This document shows, in pieces, positions 42,841 through 53,964 of a stretch of DNA of 64,000 nucleotides. The notes beneath the pieces are model-generated. The model ran no database searches. It was not told the DNA's origin and saw only the letters and a list, made by a program, of their open reading frames with translations. The stretch lies in assembly GCA_963816395.1 (NCBI GenBank), contig CAWFKQ010000015.1, positions 20,322 through 84,321 on the forward strand. Direction: 5' to 3'. The translations under genes were made by a program, and so were the position numbers. This DNA comes from an uncultured delta proteobacterium. Lineage in GTDB: Bacteria > Desulfobacterota > Desulfuromonadia > Desulfuromonadales > JACZKF01. The first letter of the stretch is position 1. Every line of letters starts with the position of its first letter.

Positions 42841-43337
42841 AACTGCCGGAAAGGGAAACCTACCTGGTCGGGGTCGTTTCCGACACCCATGGGCTGGTGC
42901 GCCCCGAGGCGCTGTCAGCCCTGCAGGGGGTGGACGTCATCCTCCACGCCGGCGATGTGGGGGGCCCCCATGTTCTGCAGGCGCTGGCGGCTCTCGCGCC
43001 GGTGGCCGCGGTGCGCGGCAATGTCGACCGGGATACCTGGGGCCTTTCTCTGCCGGAAACGGCAGTGGTGGAACTCGGCGGCACCCTTATCTATCTGCTG
43101 CACGATCTTGATCGCCTTGACCTCGATCCGCCGGCGGCCGGCTTTCATGCCGTCGTCAGCGGCCATTCCCATCTCCCTGCCCAGTCGCGCCGGGGGGGCG
43201 TCCTCTATCTGAACCCCGGCAGCATCGGTCCGCGGCGCTTTCGCCTGCCGGTATCGCTGGCCCTGCTGCAGGTGCGGGGCACCACCCTCCAGCCACGCTT
43301 CCTTCAATTCGACGGCAAGCAGGTTCTCCCTTCCTGA
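42837..43337 (+). CDS. YfcE-like metallophosphoesterase
   Basis: SDTH, HAGDVG, VRGNVD, GHSH and NPGS. Confidence 0.92.
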   Translation: MKLPERETYLVGVVSDTHGLVRPEALSALQGVDVILHAGDVGGPHVLQALAALAPVAAVRGNVDRDTWGLSLPETAVVELGGTLIYLLHDLDRLDLDPPAAGFHAVVSGHSHLPAQSRRGGVLYLNPGSIGPRRFRLPVSLALLQVRGTTLQPRFLQFDGKQVLPS

Positions 43338-43534
43338 CCGATTCCCCCGCTCGCCCTCCCCACGAAAAAATCCTAGAACTTTTTTCCTTAAAAATAACAA
43401 ACAGATAGGCGCGATCGGCCGGACAAATCGGCCGTCCAGAAGAAAAAAAACAGGCCAGAAGGAGGCGAAACCGATTTTTCGCGCTATTAAATTAAGTGCT
43501 GCTCATTACTGCTGCAAAGGACTGCCACCACGAA

Positions 43535-44543
43535 ATGAATCGGCTTGCAGCAGGATTGATATTTTTCTTTTTCTGTCCTGACGGCGGCCTCGGCAGTGCC
43601 TGCCATCGAAATCCATCCCTACTATACCCGCAACCAGAGCCCCCTGGTGCAGATCTTCGGGCTTCCTCCGGCCGAAGGGGGGACGGTGGCGGGAAAGGGG
43701 CGGACCGATGTGCGTCTGGTGCTGGATGTCGCCAGCATTTATGCCGGCGACGACCGCGGCAGAAATCTTCTGCGCCTGGATGGCGAGATCTACCGCCTGA
43801 CGCTGGCCTTGCGCTACGGTCTCGGCGAACGGCTGGAACTCGGGGTCGACCTCCCCTATGTCTGGCAGACCGGGGGGCACCTTGATAGCTTCATCGATGG
43901 GTTTCACCAAACGTTCAACCTGCCGCAAGGGGGGCGAGATCTCTGGTATCGGGACCGCCTGCGCTACCTTTCGGTGCATGACGGTAGGGTCATGCTGGAT
44001 TACGAGGAACCGCAGGACGGATTCGGCGACGTCCTGCTGTCCCTCGGTTATCAACTGGTGCGTACCGAAGGGGCCGGCGGCAGCCGCACCGTGACCCTGC
44101 GTCCGGCGCTCAAGGTGCCGACGGGGAACGGGGACAAACTCACCGGCAGCGGCAGCTTCGACTTCTCCCTGCGCCTGGCCGGCACCGACAGCCTCCTCCT
44201 GGCTCCCTGGGACCTGACCTGGTTCTGGACGGCGGGCGCCCTGGCGATGAGCGAAGGGGATGTGCTGTCGGAGGAACAGAATAACCTGGTTGGTTTCGGC
44301 ACTCTGGGAATTGGCTGGGAGGCGGCCTCCTGGCTGGCCTTCATGCTGCAGTTCGACGGCCACACCGCCTTTTACGGGGGGAGCGGCCTGCACCAGCTCG
44401 ACGGCGCTTCCGTGCAGGTGACGATCGGCACGGAGGCAGCCCTCCCCGGCAAAATATTATTCGATTTCGGCGTCACCGAGGATCTGGTGGTCGAGACCTC
44501 GCCGGACGTGGTCTTCCACGTGGCCCTGCGCCGGAAATTCTGA
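43535..44543 (+). CDS. Outer-membrane beta-barrel protein, DUF3187-like (frameshift in signal region)
   Basis: TRNQSPLVQIFGLP, LDSFIDGFH.TFNLP, KVPTG, GSGSFD and EDLVVETSPD; terminal Phe. Confidence 0.75.
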
Positions 44544-44830
44544 CCGGCATTAAAGCCAGGGCTTTACATACCCGAAGACAATGAAGACCAGGATCTTAAC
44601 GCTAAGGCGCAAAGGGAAATGAAAGTCGCAGAGGGTTACGGATCTTCTCTGCGCCTTGGTTCTCGGCTTTGCGTCTTTGCGTTATCCGGTGTTTTTCAGG
44701 TTCTTAAGCCTAAAGTTTACAGGAGGGGGGATTCTCAGCGTCCTTCGCACCATCGCACCGTGCATTGACTTCCCCAGGGCGGAGGTTAAATTTAATAAAT
44801 ATTTGCTTGTGCGGAAGGAGAAGGATTGTC

Positions 44831-45171
44831 ATGCAGGGAAGATGGCTCGCCGGGGCAGTTGTACTTGTTGTGTCTGGTCTTTCCGGCGCCCGGCCCGGCT
44901 CAGGAGCAGAAGAAGGATGACGGTTTCTGGCACTACGATCAGCACCAGATCTACGGTTGGGACCTGATGTCGCCCGAGGATCGCCTGCAGTACCGGCAGC
45001 GGCTCCGGGAATTGAAGACGGAGGCGGACCGCGACCGTTTCCGTGACAATCACCGCCAGGAGATGCAGGAGCGTTCCCGATTGTCGGGTGTGCCGCTGGC
45101 CGAAGAGGCGAAGTCCCGACGGCGGGAGCGCCGCCGGGGAGTTGGACGCAGGCGGAAGAAAACGGGCGTAA
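44831..45171 (+). CDS. Secreted helical hypothetical protein (frameshifted)
   Basis: RBS AGGA plus ATG; IYGWDLMSPEDRLQYRQRLREL..RDRFRDNHRQEMQER. Confidence 0.6.
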
Positions 45172-45476
45172 ATGGCCCGACGATGGTCTGCGGCGCTGGT
45201 CGGGTGGAGACAGCCGCCAGCAGGTTCGGCGCCGCTGGCCGTCAGCAAAACCAGCCGGCAGGCTGCCGGCCAGGCGATCCTCGGGAAGCCGCTATGGCAG
45301 CGCTGCCGCAGCGTCCCTCTGGCAGCCGGCGGCGCCGGCCCGGATCGAGCGGGCGCCGCGGGAGCCGTTCGGGAATCGGGTGCTGGCCGCGGAAGCACCG
45401 CTCTGCCCAGACACCCTGGTCCGACCGGTCGAAAGGGGCATCGCCAGGCCGGTCGACCAGGACCGCTGTCCGGGCA

Positions 45477-46793
45477 ATGAGCACCGGAACCGCCCGGCGC
45501 CGATGGCTTCCTCGGCGCCGTTTTCTGCCTGCTGCTGATCCTTTCTCTCCGGCCGGCCGCCGGCCAGGAAGCCGCGCCACAGGTCGCCAGCCCCGCTGCG
45601 CTGCGGATAACGGCGGGATCGCTCTTCCCGAAGGCTTCTGCGCCCTGGTCGTGAGTGACGGCATCGGCCCGGCCCGGCACCTGGCGGTGACGGATCGGGG
45701 CGACATCTACGTTGCCCTGCGCCAGGTCCGCAACGGGGGCGGAATCGCCGCCCTGCGCGATGCGGACGGCGACGGCCGGGCCGACCTCATCCGCTATTTC
45801 GGCGAGCGGGGCGGGAACGGCATCGGCCTGCACGGCGGCTACCTCTATTTCGCTCCGGATACCGCCGTCTGGCGCTACCGGCTGCCCGCCGGGGAACTGG
45901 TGCCGGAAGGGGAACGCCGGAAAAGGTGGTGGAGGGGTTCCCGCAGCAGAGTACGCACGCGCCCAAGACCATCGCCTTCGGCGGCGATGATCTCTACGTG
46001 GACGTCGGCGCCCCGTCCAACGACTGCCAGGAAGAAAAGCGTACCCCGGGATCGCCCGGCATCGACCCCTGCCCGCAGCTGGCACGCCATGCCGGCATCT
46101 GGCGCTTCCCGGCCGATCGGCTGCATCAGCGTCAGTCCGACGGCGAGCATTTCGCCAGCGGCATCCGCAACGCCGTGGCGATGGCCTGGAATCCCCTGGC
46201 CGACCGGCTGTATGCGGTCCAGCACGGCCGTCGACCAACTGCACCAGCTCTGGCCCGATCTCTACAGCGTCGAACAGGGGGCCAGTCTGCCGGCCGAGGA
46301 GTTCCTGCTGGTCAACCGGGGGGATGATTTCGGCTGGCCCTACTGCTATTACGATCCCTTCCGTAACAAGAAAGTCCTCGCCCCCGAGTACGGCGGCAAC
46401 GGGGAAAAGATCGGCCGCTGCGATAAATACCAGGACCCCATCCTCGCCTTTCCCGCCCACTGGGCGCCCAACGACCTGCTCTTCTATACCGGTGGCCAGT
46501 TTCCGCAGCGCTACCGGGGCGGCGCCTTCATCGCCTTCCACGGCTCCTGGAACCGGGCACCCCTGCCGCAGCAGGGATACAAGGTCGTCTTCGTCCCCTT
46601 TGCCGGGAAAATGCCGTCGGACAAATGGGAGGACTTCGCCACCGGTTTCGCCGGAGCGGAGAAGATATCCACCCCGGCCGAGGCTCGCTATCGCCCCATG
46701 GGGCTGGCCCAGGGGCCGGACGGCTCCCTGTACATCGCCGATTCGGAAAAGGGCAAGATCTGGCGGGTGATCTATCGCGGGAAACAACCATAG
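45477..46793 (+). CDS. Glucose/sorbosone dehydrogenase-family beta-propeller (frameshifts near 45520-45580, 45920 and 46230)
   Basis: LPEGFCA, ARHLAV, LRDADGDGRAD, GIRNAV, DFGWPYCY, AFHGSWNR and GPDGSLYIAD. Confidence 0.88.
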   Translation: MSTGTARRRWLPRRRFLPAADPFSPAGRRPGSRATGRQPRCAADNGGIALPEGFCALVVSDGIGPARHLAVTDRGDIYVALRQVRNGGGIAALRDADGDGRADLIRYFGERGGNGIGLHGGYLYFAPDTAVWRYRLPAGELVPEGERRKRWWRGSRSRVRTRPRPSPSAAMISTWTSAPRPTTARKKSVPRDRPASTPARSWHAMPASGASRPIGCISVSPTASISPAASATPWRWPGIPWPTGCMRSSTAVDQLHQLWPDLYSVEQGASLPAEEFLLVNRGDDFGWPYCYYDPFRNKKVLAPEYGGNGEKIGRCDKYQDPILAFPAHWAPNDLLFYTGGQFPQRYRGGAFIAFHGSWNRAPLPQQGYKVVFVPFAGKMPSDKWEDFATGFAGAEKISTPAEARYRPMGLAQGPDGSLYIADSEKGKIWRVIYRGKQP

Positions 46794-46816
46794 TCAGTCC
46801 GCATTCCTCAGCTCTC

Positions 46817-46915
46817 AGCCCCTCGCCACTCGCCCCTCGCCCCTCGCCCCTCGCCCCTCGCCCCTTGCCCCTCGCCCCTCGCCCGCTTGCCCCTTGCCGC
46901 TTGCCACTCGCCTCC
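46817..46915 (+). repeat. CCCCTCG heptamer tandem array (about 13 degenerate units)
   Basis: Directly visible run GCCCCTC/GCCCCTT/GCCGCTT downstream of the dehydrogenase. Confidence 0.9.
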
Positions 46916-46994
46916 CCTTGACGGCCAGTTAGCCGCTGATATTGTCGAGGTATGATCCCCCGGGTCCGAGACCCTGTCAGAGGAATGGCCGTTC

Positions 46995-48597
46995 ATGCGA
47001 GCAGGTCTGCGAAAATATTCTTCCCGCTTTGCCTGGATTATTTCCGGTTTTGTCCTGGTTCTCCTGGTTCTTTTCATCACCAGTTTCTTCCTGGACAAAC
47101 CGTTGCGGCGCCTCATGGAAAACGGCATGAATCGCGCCTTGCAGGGCTACAGTGCCAGTATCGGAGCGGTCGATTTTCACCCCATCGGCCTCTCGGTCAC
47201 CGTCGAGAATCTGGTTGTTGCGCCAGGATGCACATCCGGAGCCGCCCGTTGCTTTCTTCCCCAGGATCGATGCCAGCATCCACTGGCGGGCGCTGTTCCA
47301 CGGCCGGCTGGTCTCCGACTGGGCTTTCGAGCAACCGAAGCTGCATCTCAATCTGCAGCAGCTGCAGGCCGAAAATGAAGACGAGACGCCGGTGCAAAAG
47401 CGCGGCTGGCAGGAAGCGCTGCTGAGCATCTACCCGCTGAAAATCAACCGGCTGAGAGTCCAGGAGGGTGTGGTGGCTTACATCGACCAGGACCCGCAGC
47501 ATCCCCTGGAGTTGACCGGAGTGAACCTGAGCGCCAGCAATATCCGCAACGTCCGCTCGCCCGTGGGCACCTTCCCCTCGCCTTTTCGGGTGGAGGCCGA
47601 TATCTTTGAACACGGCCACGGCATCGTCGAAGGATCCGCCGATTTTCTCGCCGAACCGCAACCCGGGGTCGACGCCCGATTCGACCTGCGGAGCGTGCCG
47701 CTGGAGCGACTTCGCCCGGTGACCAGCCGGGCCAATATTCAGGTCGCCGGGGGGATTTTATCCGGAGCCGGGCGGGTCGAATATTCGGCGGCCATGCAGA
47801 AGGCCGAGCTGGCTACTCTGGAAATCGATGGATTACGGGTGGATTACGTGCACTCCGCCGTCACTGCTCCAGCCGAAAAAAAGCGCGCCCGCCAGGCGAA
47901 GAAATCCCTGGCGGAGGCCAAGGAGAGCGAGTGGCAGTTCCAGGTGGACCATCTGCATCTGAAGAAGGGCGATTTCGGCTTCGTCAACCGGGCGACTACC
48001 CCGTCCTACCGCATCTCCCTCAGTAATGCCGATCTCGAGTTGAGCAATCTCTCCAACCGCTTCCGCCAAGGCCCGGCGAGGATCCGCCTGGAAGGCACTT
48101 TCATGCACAGCGGCGATACTTTTGCCACGGCCGTTTTCCGCCCGGAGACCAAGGGGGCCGATTTTGATCTCCTGCTGGCGATCGAAGGGACGCGGGTCAC
48201 CACCATGAACAACCTGCTGCGGGCGCACGCCGGCATCGACGTGGTGACCGGCTCATTGTCCGTCTATTCGGAAATCCATGTGAAGGATGGAAGAATAGAA
48301 GGGTATGTGAAGCCGTTTCTCAAGGATCTCGATATCTATAATCCCCGGCAGGAAAAAGGGGAGGGATTGATCCAGAAGCTGAAGGAAGGGATCGCGGGCG
48401 CCCTGAGTGCGCTGTTGAAAAATCCGCGGGAAGAGGTGGCGACCCGGTTCGACCTTTCGGGCCCGGTGGAAGATCCGAAGGCGAGCACCTTGCAAATCGT
48501 CGTGCAGCTGGTCCGGAATGCCTTTTTCAAGGGGATTCTTCCCGGCTTCGAAAAGCCGGGCGGCAAAGCGGAAGGTAGAAAAGAAAAGGAGAAGTGA
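46995..48597 (+). CDS. DUF748-domain protein (frameshift near 47220)
   Basis: N-terminal TM segment; LNLQQL, GYVKPFLKDLDIY, EVATRFDLSG and LVRNAFFKGILPGF. Confidence 0.8.
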
Positions 48598-48606
48598 ACT
48601 TCGGCT

Positions 48607-49738
48607 ACTACCTTGTCAGAAATTCACCCATGGGTTCCCAACTGCGGAATATGGTCGCAGAGAATCTTGAAGGAGACCAGGAGGGGGACAGCGACGATTG
48701 CCCCGACGATTCCCCACATCCACCCCCAGAAAATGAGTCCGAGCAGGATCATCACGGGATTCAGGGTCAGCCTCCTGCCGATGATGTGGGGGGTGATCAG
48801 ATAGCCCTCGGCCGCCGTGAGCAGAAAGTAGACCAGCGGCGGCAGCAGGATCTGCCCCGGCGTTTGGAAGGTGAGCGCGGCGACGGCGGCAATCACCGCC
48901 ATGCCCACCATCGCTCCCAGGTAGGGGATGAAATTCAGAATAGCGGCGATCACCCCCCAGAGGAGCGGATTCGGCATCCCCAGCAGGTGCATGGCAATCC
49001 CCTCCGCCACCCCGAGTCCGAGATTGATGAGAGTGATCGTCAACAGGTAGAGGGAAATATCCTCCTGCAGGCGGCGGGCAATTTCCACGGCCCGCTTTTT
49101 ATCCTCCAGGGTCGTCAGAACCCGGATGAGCTTGCGCAGAAACAGATCTCCGGAGGCGAGGAGAAAGTACAGCAGAACCAGCATTGCCACGCTTTCCGCC
49201 GCCAGGGTCCGGGCTCGGCCCAGCAGGGCAGCGGAGAGGCTCTCCTGCTGTGACCTGGACCGGGGACGGCTGCCGATCGTCGCTTCCCATCTGGGTCAGC
49301 TTCTCCACCTCTTCGGTGGCCTGGTGGACCTTTTCGACCGGTTTTTTGAACGTCCGCAGTTTGGCCTTGATCTGCTGCCAGGCTCGACGGTGCCCGATTG
49401 AGCCATTCAGCCGCCGGATCCAGCAGCAGGTACCCCGATCCCGCGACCAGGCCTACCAGCAGGAGAACCACCACCCCGGCGCCCAGTCCTTCCGGTATCC
49501 GAAGGCGGCGCAGGCCGCGCACCAGGGGAGACAGGAGGAGGCTGAACAGGAGGGCCAGCACCAAAGGCAGCAGAACCAGCCTGGCGAAATAGAAGGTATA
49601 GAAAACCGCGAGAATGAACAGGCCGCTCAGGGCCAGGGACGGGAGATTTCGCGGAGACCGGAAGGACGGATCCGCCCCAGAGGACTTGGGTTCTGATGCC
49701 TCCCGGTGTTGCGGAGCGGAAGGCCGGTTCTCACTCAC
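48607..49738 (-). CDS. AI-2E family transporter (several frameshifts)
   Basis: LLPLVLALLFSLLLSPLVR, LNFIPYLG, EGYLITP and WGWMWGIVGAIVAVP. Confidence 0.85.
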
Positions 49739-49894
49739 GAGTTCCTCCCTCAATATCAACCACCTGCGGCAGAGCATATCAGATCGGGAAGAGTTTTCTC
49801 GGAGTTCTGATGGAGTGGACAGACGGGAGACCAGATGAAAACAGCCCCCGGGCTGGACCCGGGGGCTGTTGGATCTTACCAGGGAGAATGGAAG

Positions 49895-50350
49895 TCAGGC
49901 GATTCCCACCAACTCGACCTCGTAGGTGATGTCCTGCCCGGCCAGCGGGTGGTTGGCATCGAGAACCACCGTGGCGTCGCTGACCTCGGTGACCGTGACC
50001 AGGAACGATTCCCCATCGTCGTCGGTCAGCTCCAGGGTCTGGCCGACCTCGGGGTTGATCTCTTCCGGCATCTCCTGCCGCTCGACCACCATCACCATTT
50101 CCTCGTCGTGGGGACCGTAAGCCTGGTCGGCGACGATCCGCACCGTCTTCGACTGGCCGGGCGTCATGCCGATCACCGCCTCCTCCAGGCCGGGAATGAC
50201 CTCTTCCTCGCCGATGGTGAATTCCACCGGCCCCTCCTCGCAGCCGCAGTCCTCGCAGCTGCAGTCCTCGGAGGTATCGACCACCGTGCCGTCATCCAGC
50301 CGCCCGGTAAAGTTGACCTTCACCCGGTCGCCCTGTTTTGCCTGTTTCAT
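49895..50350 (-). CDS. FKBP-type peptidyl-prolyl isomerase (SlyD/SlpA-like)
   Basis: GDRVKVNFTGRLDDG, VIPGLEEAV, AYGP and LDANHPLAGQ. Confidence 0.93.
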   Translation of the reverse strand: MKQAKQGDRVKVNFTGRLDDGTVVDTSEDCSCEDCGCEEGPVEFTIGEEEVIPGLEEAVIGMTPGQSKTVRIVADQAYGPHDEEMVMVVERQEMPEEINPEVGQTLELTDDDGESFLVTVTEVSDATVVLDANHPLAGQDITYEVELVGIA

Positions 50351-50515
50351 CGAGATTATCCTTTCAGGGGATTGATTGAACACCCATATTAACAGAAAAT
50401 TCGGCCTGTTTGTCTGTAGGAAACACGGAGAGCGGCTGACGGCTGACGGCTGACTCAACTGCCTGAATTTCCGCATCTTGCCTCTTGCCTCTGCATCTTG
50501 AACCCGGGCCCATGC

Positions 50516-53500
50516 CTACCGACAGGATACGAACCGCACTGCCTCGCGCGTCTCGCGCAGCACCGCCTGCCAGGCTCTCCAGGACGTAATCGATCTCCTC
50601 CTCGGTATTTCCCGGACCGAGGGAGAAGCGCACGGCGCAGTGCGCCTGCTCCGGGGAGAGGCCCATGGCCAGCAGGGCATGGGAGGGATCGGGATGGCCG
50701 GACTTGCAGGCCGAGCCGGAGGAGAAGCAGATCCCCCGACGGTCGAGGAAGAGGACGAGGGATTCGCCGCGGACCCCCGGCAGCGTCAGGTTCAGGGTGT
50801 TGGGGAGGCGCTCCCGTTCCGGGCCGTTGCGCACAGCCCCGGGATGGATCTCCCGGATACCGGCCTCCAGGCGGTCCCGCAAGGCCCGGACCCGGCGCAT
50901 CTCCCCGGCCTGCAGGCGGCGGCCGGCAATCTCGCAGGCCTTGCCGAAGCCGACGATGCCGGGAACGTTCTCCGTCCCTGCCCGCAGCCCGCGCTCCTGG
51001 CCGCCGCCATGCACCAGGGGGACCAGCTCGACCCCTTCGCGCACGTAGAGGGCTCCCACCCCCTTGGGTCCATGCACCTTGTGGGCGGAGAGGGCGAGGA
51101 GGTCCACCCCGAGTTCCTCCACGTTGAGGGGGATCTTCCCCAGGGCCTGCACGGCATCGGTATGGAAGAGAACGCCCCGCTCCCGGGCCAGCCGGGCGAG
51201 CTCCCGCACCGGCTGGATGGCGCCGGTTTCGTTGTTGGCCAGCATGATGCTGGCCAGCACCGTATCCGGACGCAGAGCGGCGGCGAAGGTCCCGGCTTCC
51301 ACCAGCCCCTCCCGGTTGACCGGGACGCAGCTCACCTGCCAGCCTTCCTTCTCCAGTGCCCGGCAGGCGGCCAGGACGGCTGGATGCTCGATGGTGCTGG
51401 TGACGAGGTGCCGCCCCCGCCCGCGCCGCGCCCGGGCGACCCCCTGGATCGCCAGGTTGTCGGCCTCGGAGCCGCCGCCGGTGAAGATGATTCGCCGGGC
51501 CGTGCAGTTGAGGGCCTGGGCGACCTTGCGCCGCGCCCCCTCCACGGCGGCGCGGGCCCGGCTGCCGGCGGTGTGAATGCTGGAGGGGTTTCCCGCCTCC
51601 TGCCGCAGGAAGGGCAGCATCGCCTCCAGCACTTCCGGATCGACGCCGGTGGTGGCGTTGTGGTCGAGGTAGACCCGGCGGGCCGGCTCGGCCGGACGCG
51701 GTCGTCTCCTTCTCCCCGTCGGCCTCGGCTTCCAGAGAGGCGGCGGCACCCTCCGCCCGGGCGACCTGGCAGAGGAGGGTCTTGTATACCGGAAAGCCGC
51801 TGATCGGATCGAAGCGTTCCAGGTCGGTCAGCTCGTTGACGTTGCACCGCTGCCAGGCCTCGGCGCCGAGGGGACCGCCCCCGCCCTGGGTGGCGTCGAT
51901 GCACCCGGGCATGATGTCGTCCGTCACGTAGGCGCGGTAGAGAACCTGGCCGCGGGGGGTAATCACCCGGACCGGGTCCCCGTGCGCGATCCCCCGGGCG
52001 GCGGCGTCGGCCGAGTGCATGGTGACCAGCGGCTCCGGGAGATGCTCCGAGAGGGTCTTCACCCCGTGGTGCTGCGAGCGGAAATCATAGGGGGTGCGGC
52101 TCCCGGAGTTGAAGGTGAGGGGGTAGCGCTTCGCCAGGTCGGGGCGGGAAAGAATCCCCTCGCCGGGCTCGGTGTAGACCGGGAGCGGATCGTAGCCGTG
52201 CTCCTGGAGGATGGCGGAGGCGATTTCGAATTTGCCGCTCGGCGTGTCGAATCCCGGCGCCCCGTCCGGCCGCAGCAGCCCTTTCTCCCACTTCTTGTAC
52301 TGCATCATCGCCCCCGGGACCCGCACCGAGCCCCCCGCGGCCCGCACTTCCTCCAAGGTGAATCCCGTCCCCGCCAGGGCGTGGCGCAGAATCGCCTCCT
52401 CGCTCTGCGGGTAGAGGTGCCCGTAGCCGAGGCGGTCGGCCAGATCGGCCAGGATGAGGAAGTCGCTGCGCGCCTCCCCCTGGGGCTCCACCAGCTTCTC
52501 GCGGATCTTGAAGACCGGGCCGTAGCGCATGTAGGAGGTGATCTCGTAGCCGGTGGCGGCCGGCAGGACGATGTCCGCGTAGGCGGCGTCGGCAGTCGGG
52601 TAGCGGTCGATGCAGACGAGGAAGTCGAGCGCCTCGAAGGTCCGGCGCCACAGCGCCGGGTTGGGCCAGCTGGTGAGGATGGAGCCTCCCAGGACGATCA
52701 GCGAGCGGATCTTGTACGGCTCCCCCTTGAGGACCGCGTCGGGAAGGGCGATGGCATGCGATTCCCCCCGGTAATGGCTGTAGACGGGGAAGCGCTCGCG
52801 CCCCAGGGCCTTTTTCACGTCGGGGTTGGGGACGAGCCCCGAGCGGTTCTGGGGAAAGGCGTTCTCCCGCATGCGGATGTTCCAGCCGCCGGGAACGTCG
52901 AGCTGCCCGGCGAGCCCCCACAGGGTGAGGACGGCGCGGATCGCCTGCACGCCGCTGTCCGAATACTCCAGCCCGGTGTACATGACCGGGCAGGCGCCCC
53001 GGGCCGCGGCGAGGGAGCGGGCGAGGGAGCGGATCGTCGCCGCCGGGACGCCGGTGATCCCCTGCACCACTTCGGGCCGGAAGTGCTGCACGTAGCGGCA
53101 GAGGTCCTCGAAGCCGACGGTCCATTCCCGGGCGAACTTCTCGTCGTAGAGCTCCTCCTCCACCAGGACCTGGATCATCCCCAGGGCGAGGGCGCCGTCG
53201 GTTCCCGGGCGCACCGGCACCCACTCGGCCCCGGTCTGCCGGGCGGTGCCGTGGCGGCGCGGGTCGATGGCGACGATCCGGGCGCCCCGGGCGTGCGCCC
53301 GCAGGACCTGCTCGTGGGCCAGGGGCGGGGAGTCGGTGGCCGGGTTGGCGCCCCAGAGGACGATGAGTTCGGCCTGCTCCAGGTCATGTTCCATGGTGAT
53401 GTACATCTCCCCCATGGTCGCATGGGGGGCGATCATGGCGAAAGAGACGTAGCAGAGCGCGCCCACCCCGAGCGTGTTGGGGGAGCCGAAGGGGAAGAGG

Positions 53501-53893
53501 ACGCTGGCGGCGGAGGAGACCGCCACCCCCGCCGGCTGGAAGAGGTCGCACATGGCCATGTCGAAGCTGCCCCGGCCGGTGTAGATGGCGGTCGCCTCGG
53601 GCCCCGATTCGGCCTTGATCGCCTGCAGGCGGCCGGCGATTTCCGCCATCGCCGCTCTCCCAGGAGATGCGCTCGAAATCGTGTGTCCCCTTCGGACCTT
53701 TGCGGCGCAGCGGATATTTCAGGCGATCGGGGTCATGGACGATCTGCGGGGAATGACGGCCGATGGTGCAGAGGGTTCCCAGAGGGGTGCCGGGCTGCGG
53801 CTCGACGCCGGTCAGCCGGCCGTCCTGCAGCTCGGCCCGCACCCAGCAACCAGCCGGGCAGATGCCGCACAGGCCATCCTTGATTTCACTCAT
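50516..53893 (-). CDS. Mo/W-bisPGD oxidoreductase fused to a NifS-type cysteine desulfurase; probable metallopterin-dependent ergothioneine synthase (frameshifts near 53655, 51690 and 50570)
   Basis: CGICPAGC..C Fe-S motif, LWGANP, VRPGTDGALA, DIVLPA and TPSGKFE; then YLDHNATT, HTDAVQ, SAHKVHGPKG and SSGSAC; no stop or RBS at the junction. Confidence 0.85.
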
Positions 53894-53914
53894 AGGCTGT
53901 ATCCTGCCCCCCCT

Positions 53915-53960
53915 GCCCCCCCTATTTCATAGGGGGGTGCCCCGAAGGGGCGGGGGGGTG
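53915..53960 (+). repeat. REP-like double hairpin between egtD and the oxidoreductase fusion
   Basis: CCCCCCTATTTCATAGGGGGG and GCCCCGAAGGGGC hairpins; related to 321-365. Confidence 0.7.
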
Positions 53961-53964
53961 TTTT

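Noticed and set aside
45172..45480. ORF between the secreted protein and the sorbosone dehydrogenase
   Set aside because: Low-complexity translation with no motif or RBS; cannot be supported.
46817..46915. Repeat arrays as CRISPR
   Set aside because: 7-nt tandem units without unique spacers; no cas genes.
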